This document shows positions 63,557-64,000 of a stretch of DNA of 64,000 nucleotides, one piece after another. The translations under genes and the position numbers were made by a program. The stretch comes from Phoronis australis. Taxonomy: Eukaryota > Animalia > Phoronida. Location of the stretch: NCBI GenBank assembly GCA_002633005.1, contig NMRA01000106.1:105655-169654 (forward strand), given 5' to 3'. Every line of letters begins with the position of its first letter. Positions within the stretch are counted from its first letter, which is position 1. The notes beneath the pieces were generated by a model that saw nothing but the letters and a program-made list of their open reading frames with translations, searched no databases and was not told the DNA's origin.

Positions 63557-64000
63557 CTAGAGAAAGAATCGACAACTAAATCACATTCAAATGAAAACAG
63601 TTTTAAAGCAATTCCAATGCGTGTTATCCAGCCTGTGCACAGTTTGGTTACTAGAGCATGCAGTCAATGACTTATTTGACGGCAATGACAGTTCCTTATG
63701 GCTTGAGATCAGGCAGGATACATGGGCTTGCCATGGACAGTCATTTTATGCACTGAGCACGGTTTCAAGCTCTAACCAACCACCAGTTGTTGCCTAGCTC
63801 AGTAATATTTTTTAACCAGAGTAAGGAACAAGTTCAGAACAATTTTATATCTAAGTTTGTAATCTTTGGAGACCAATGGCCAGTTATTGCCACTATATGC
63901 GGAACAAGCTCCACCTGGTGGCAAATCTACTCCATGTTTCAAACACAAACTGTTCATGCACTGCACCCTAATAGGAATACACACAGTAACTGTAACAAAT

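Overview
Animal (invertebrate, probably lophotrochozoan; the taxon is inferred) genomic DNA with two convergent multi-exon genes in TE-rich introns. (1) + strand 8808-39824: a cadherin-repeat protein with a signal peptide and four EC repeats (a 2-EC unit duplicated internally). It ends in a stop with no transmembrane or cytoplasmic region, so it is a predicted secreted cadherin. (2) - strand 63556->44885 (5' end outside the window): a miRNA-class Argonaute with an intact DEDH slicer tetrad. The main finding is that three Argonaute exons are present as tandem homologous pairs: L1 137/137 nt, L1-PAZ 135/138 nt and L2 123/123 nt. Every copy has intact splice sites and reading frame, and paired copies share phase. 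This is a mutually-exclusive-exon architecture giving up to 8 isoforms. It comes with very short inter-copy introns, candidate competing RNA structures, and a swap at the positions equivalent to human AGO2 S387/Y393. One Argonaute intron is made almost entirely of tandem copies of its own donor and acceptor sites. The rest is Kolobok/THAP, Academ-like, Harbinger/Tc1/hAT-type MITEs, LINE remnants and tandem repeats. All gene models were built by hand from sequence only, with no transcript evidence.
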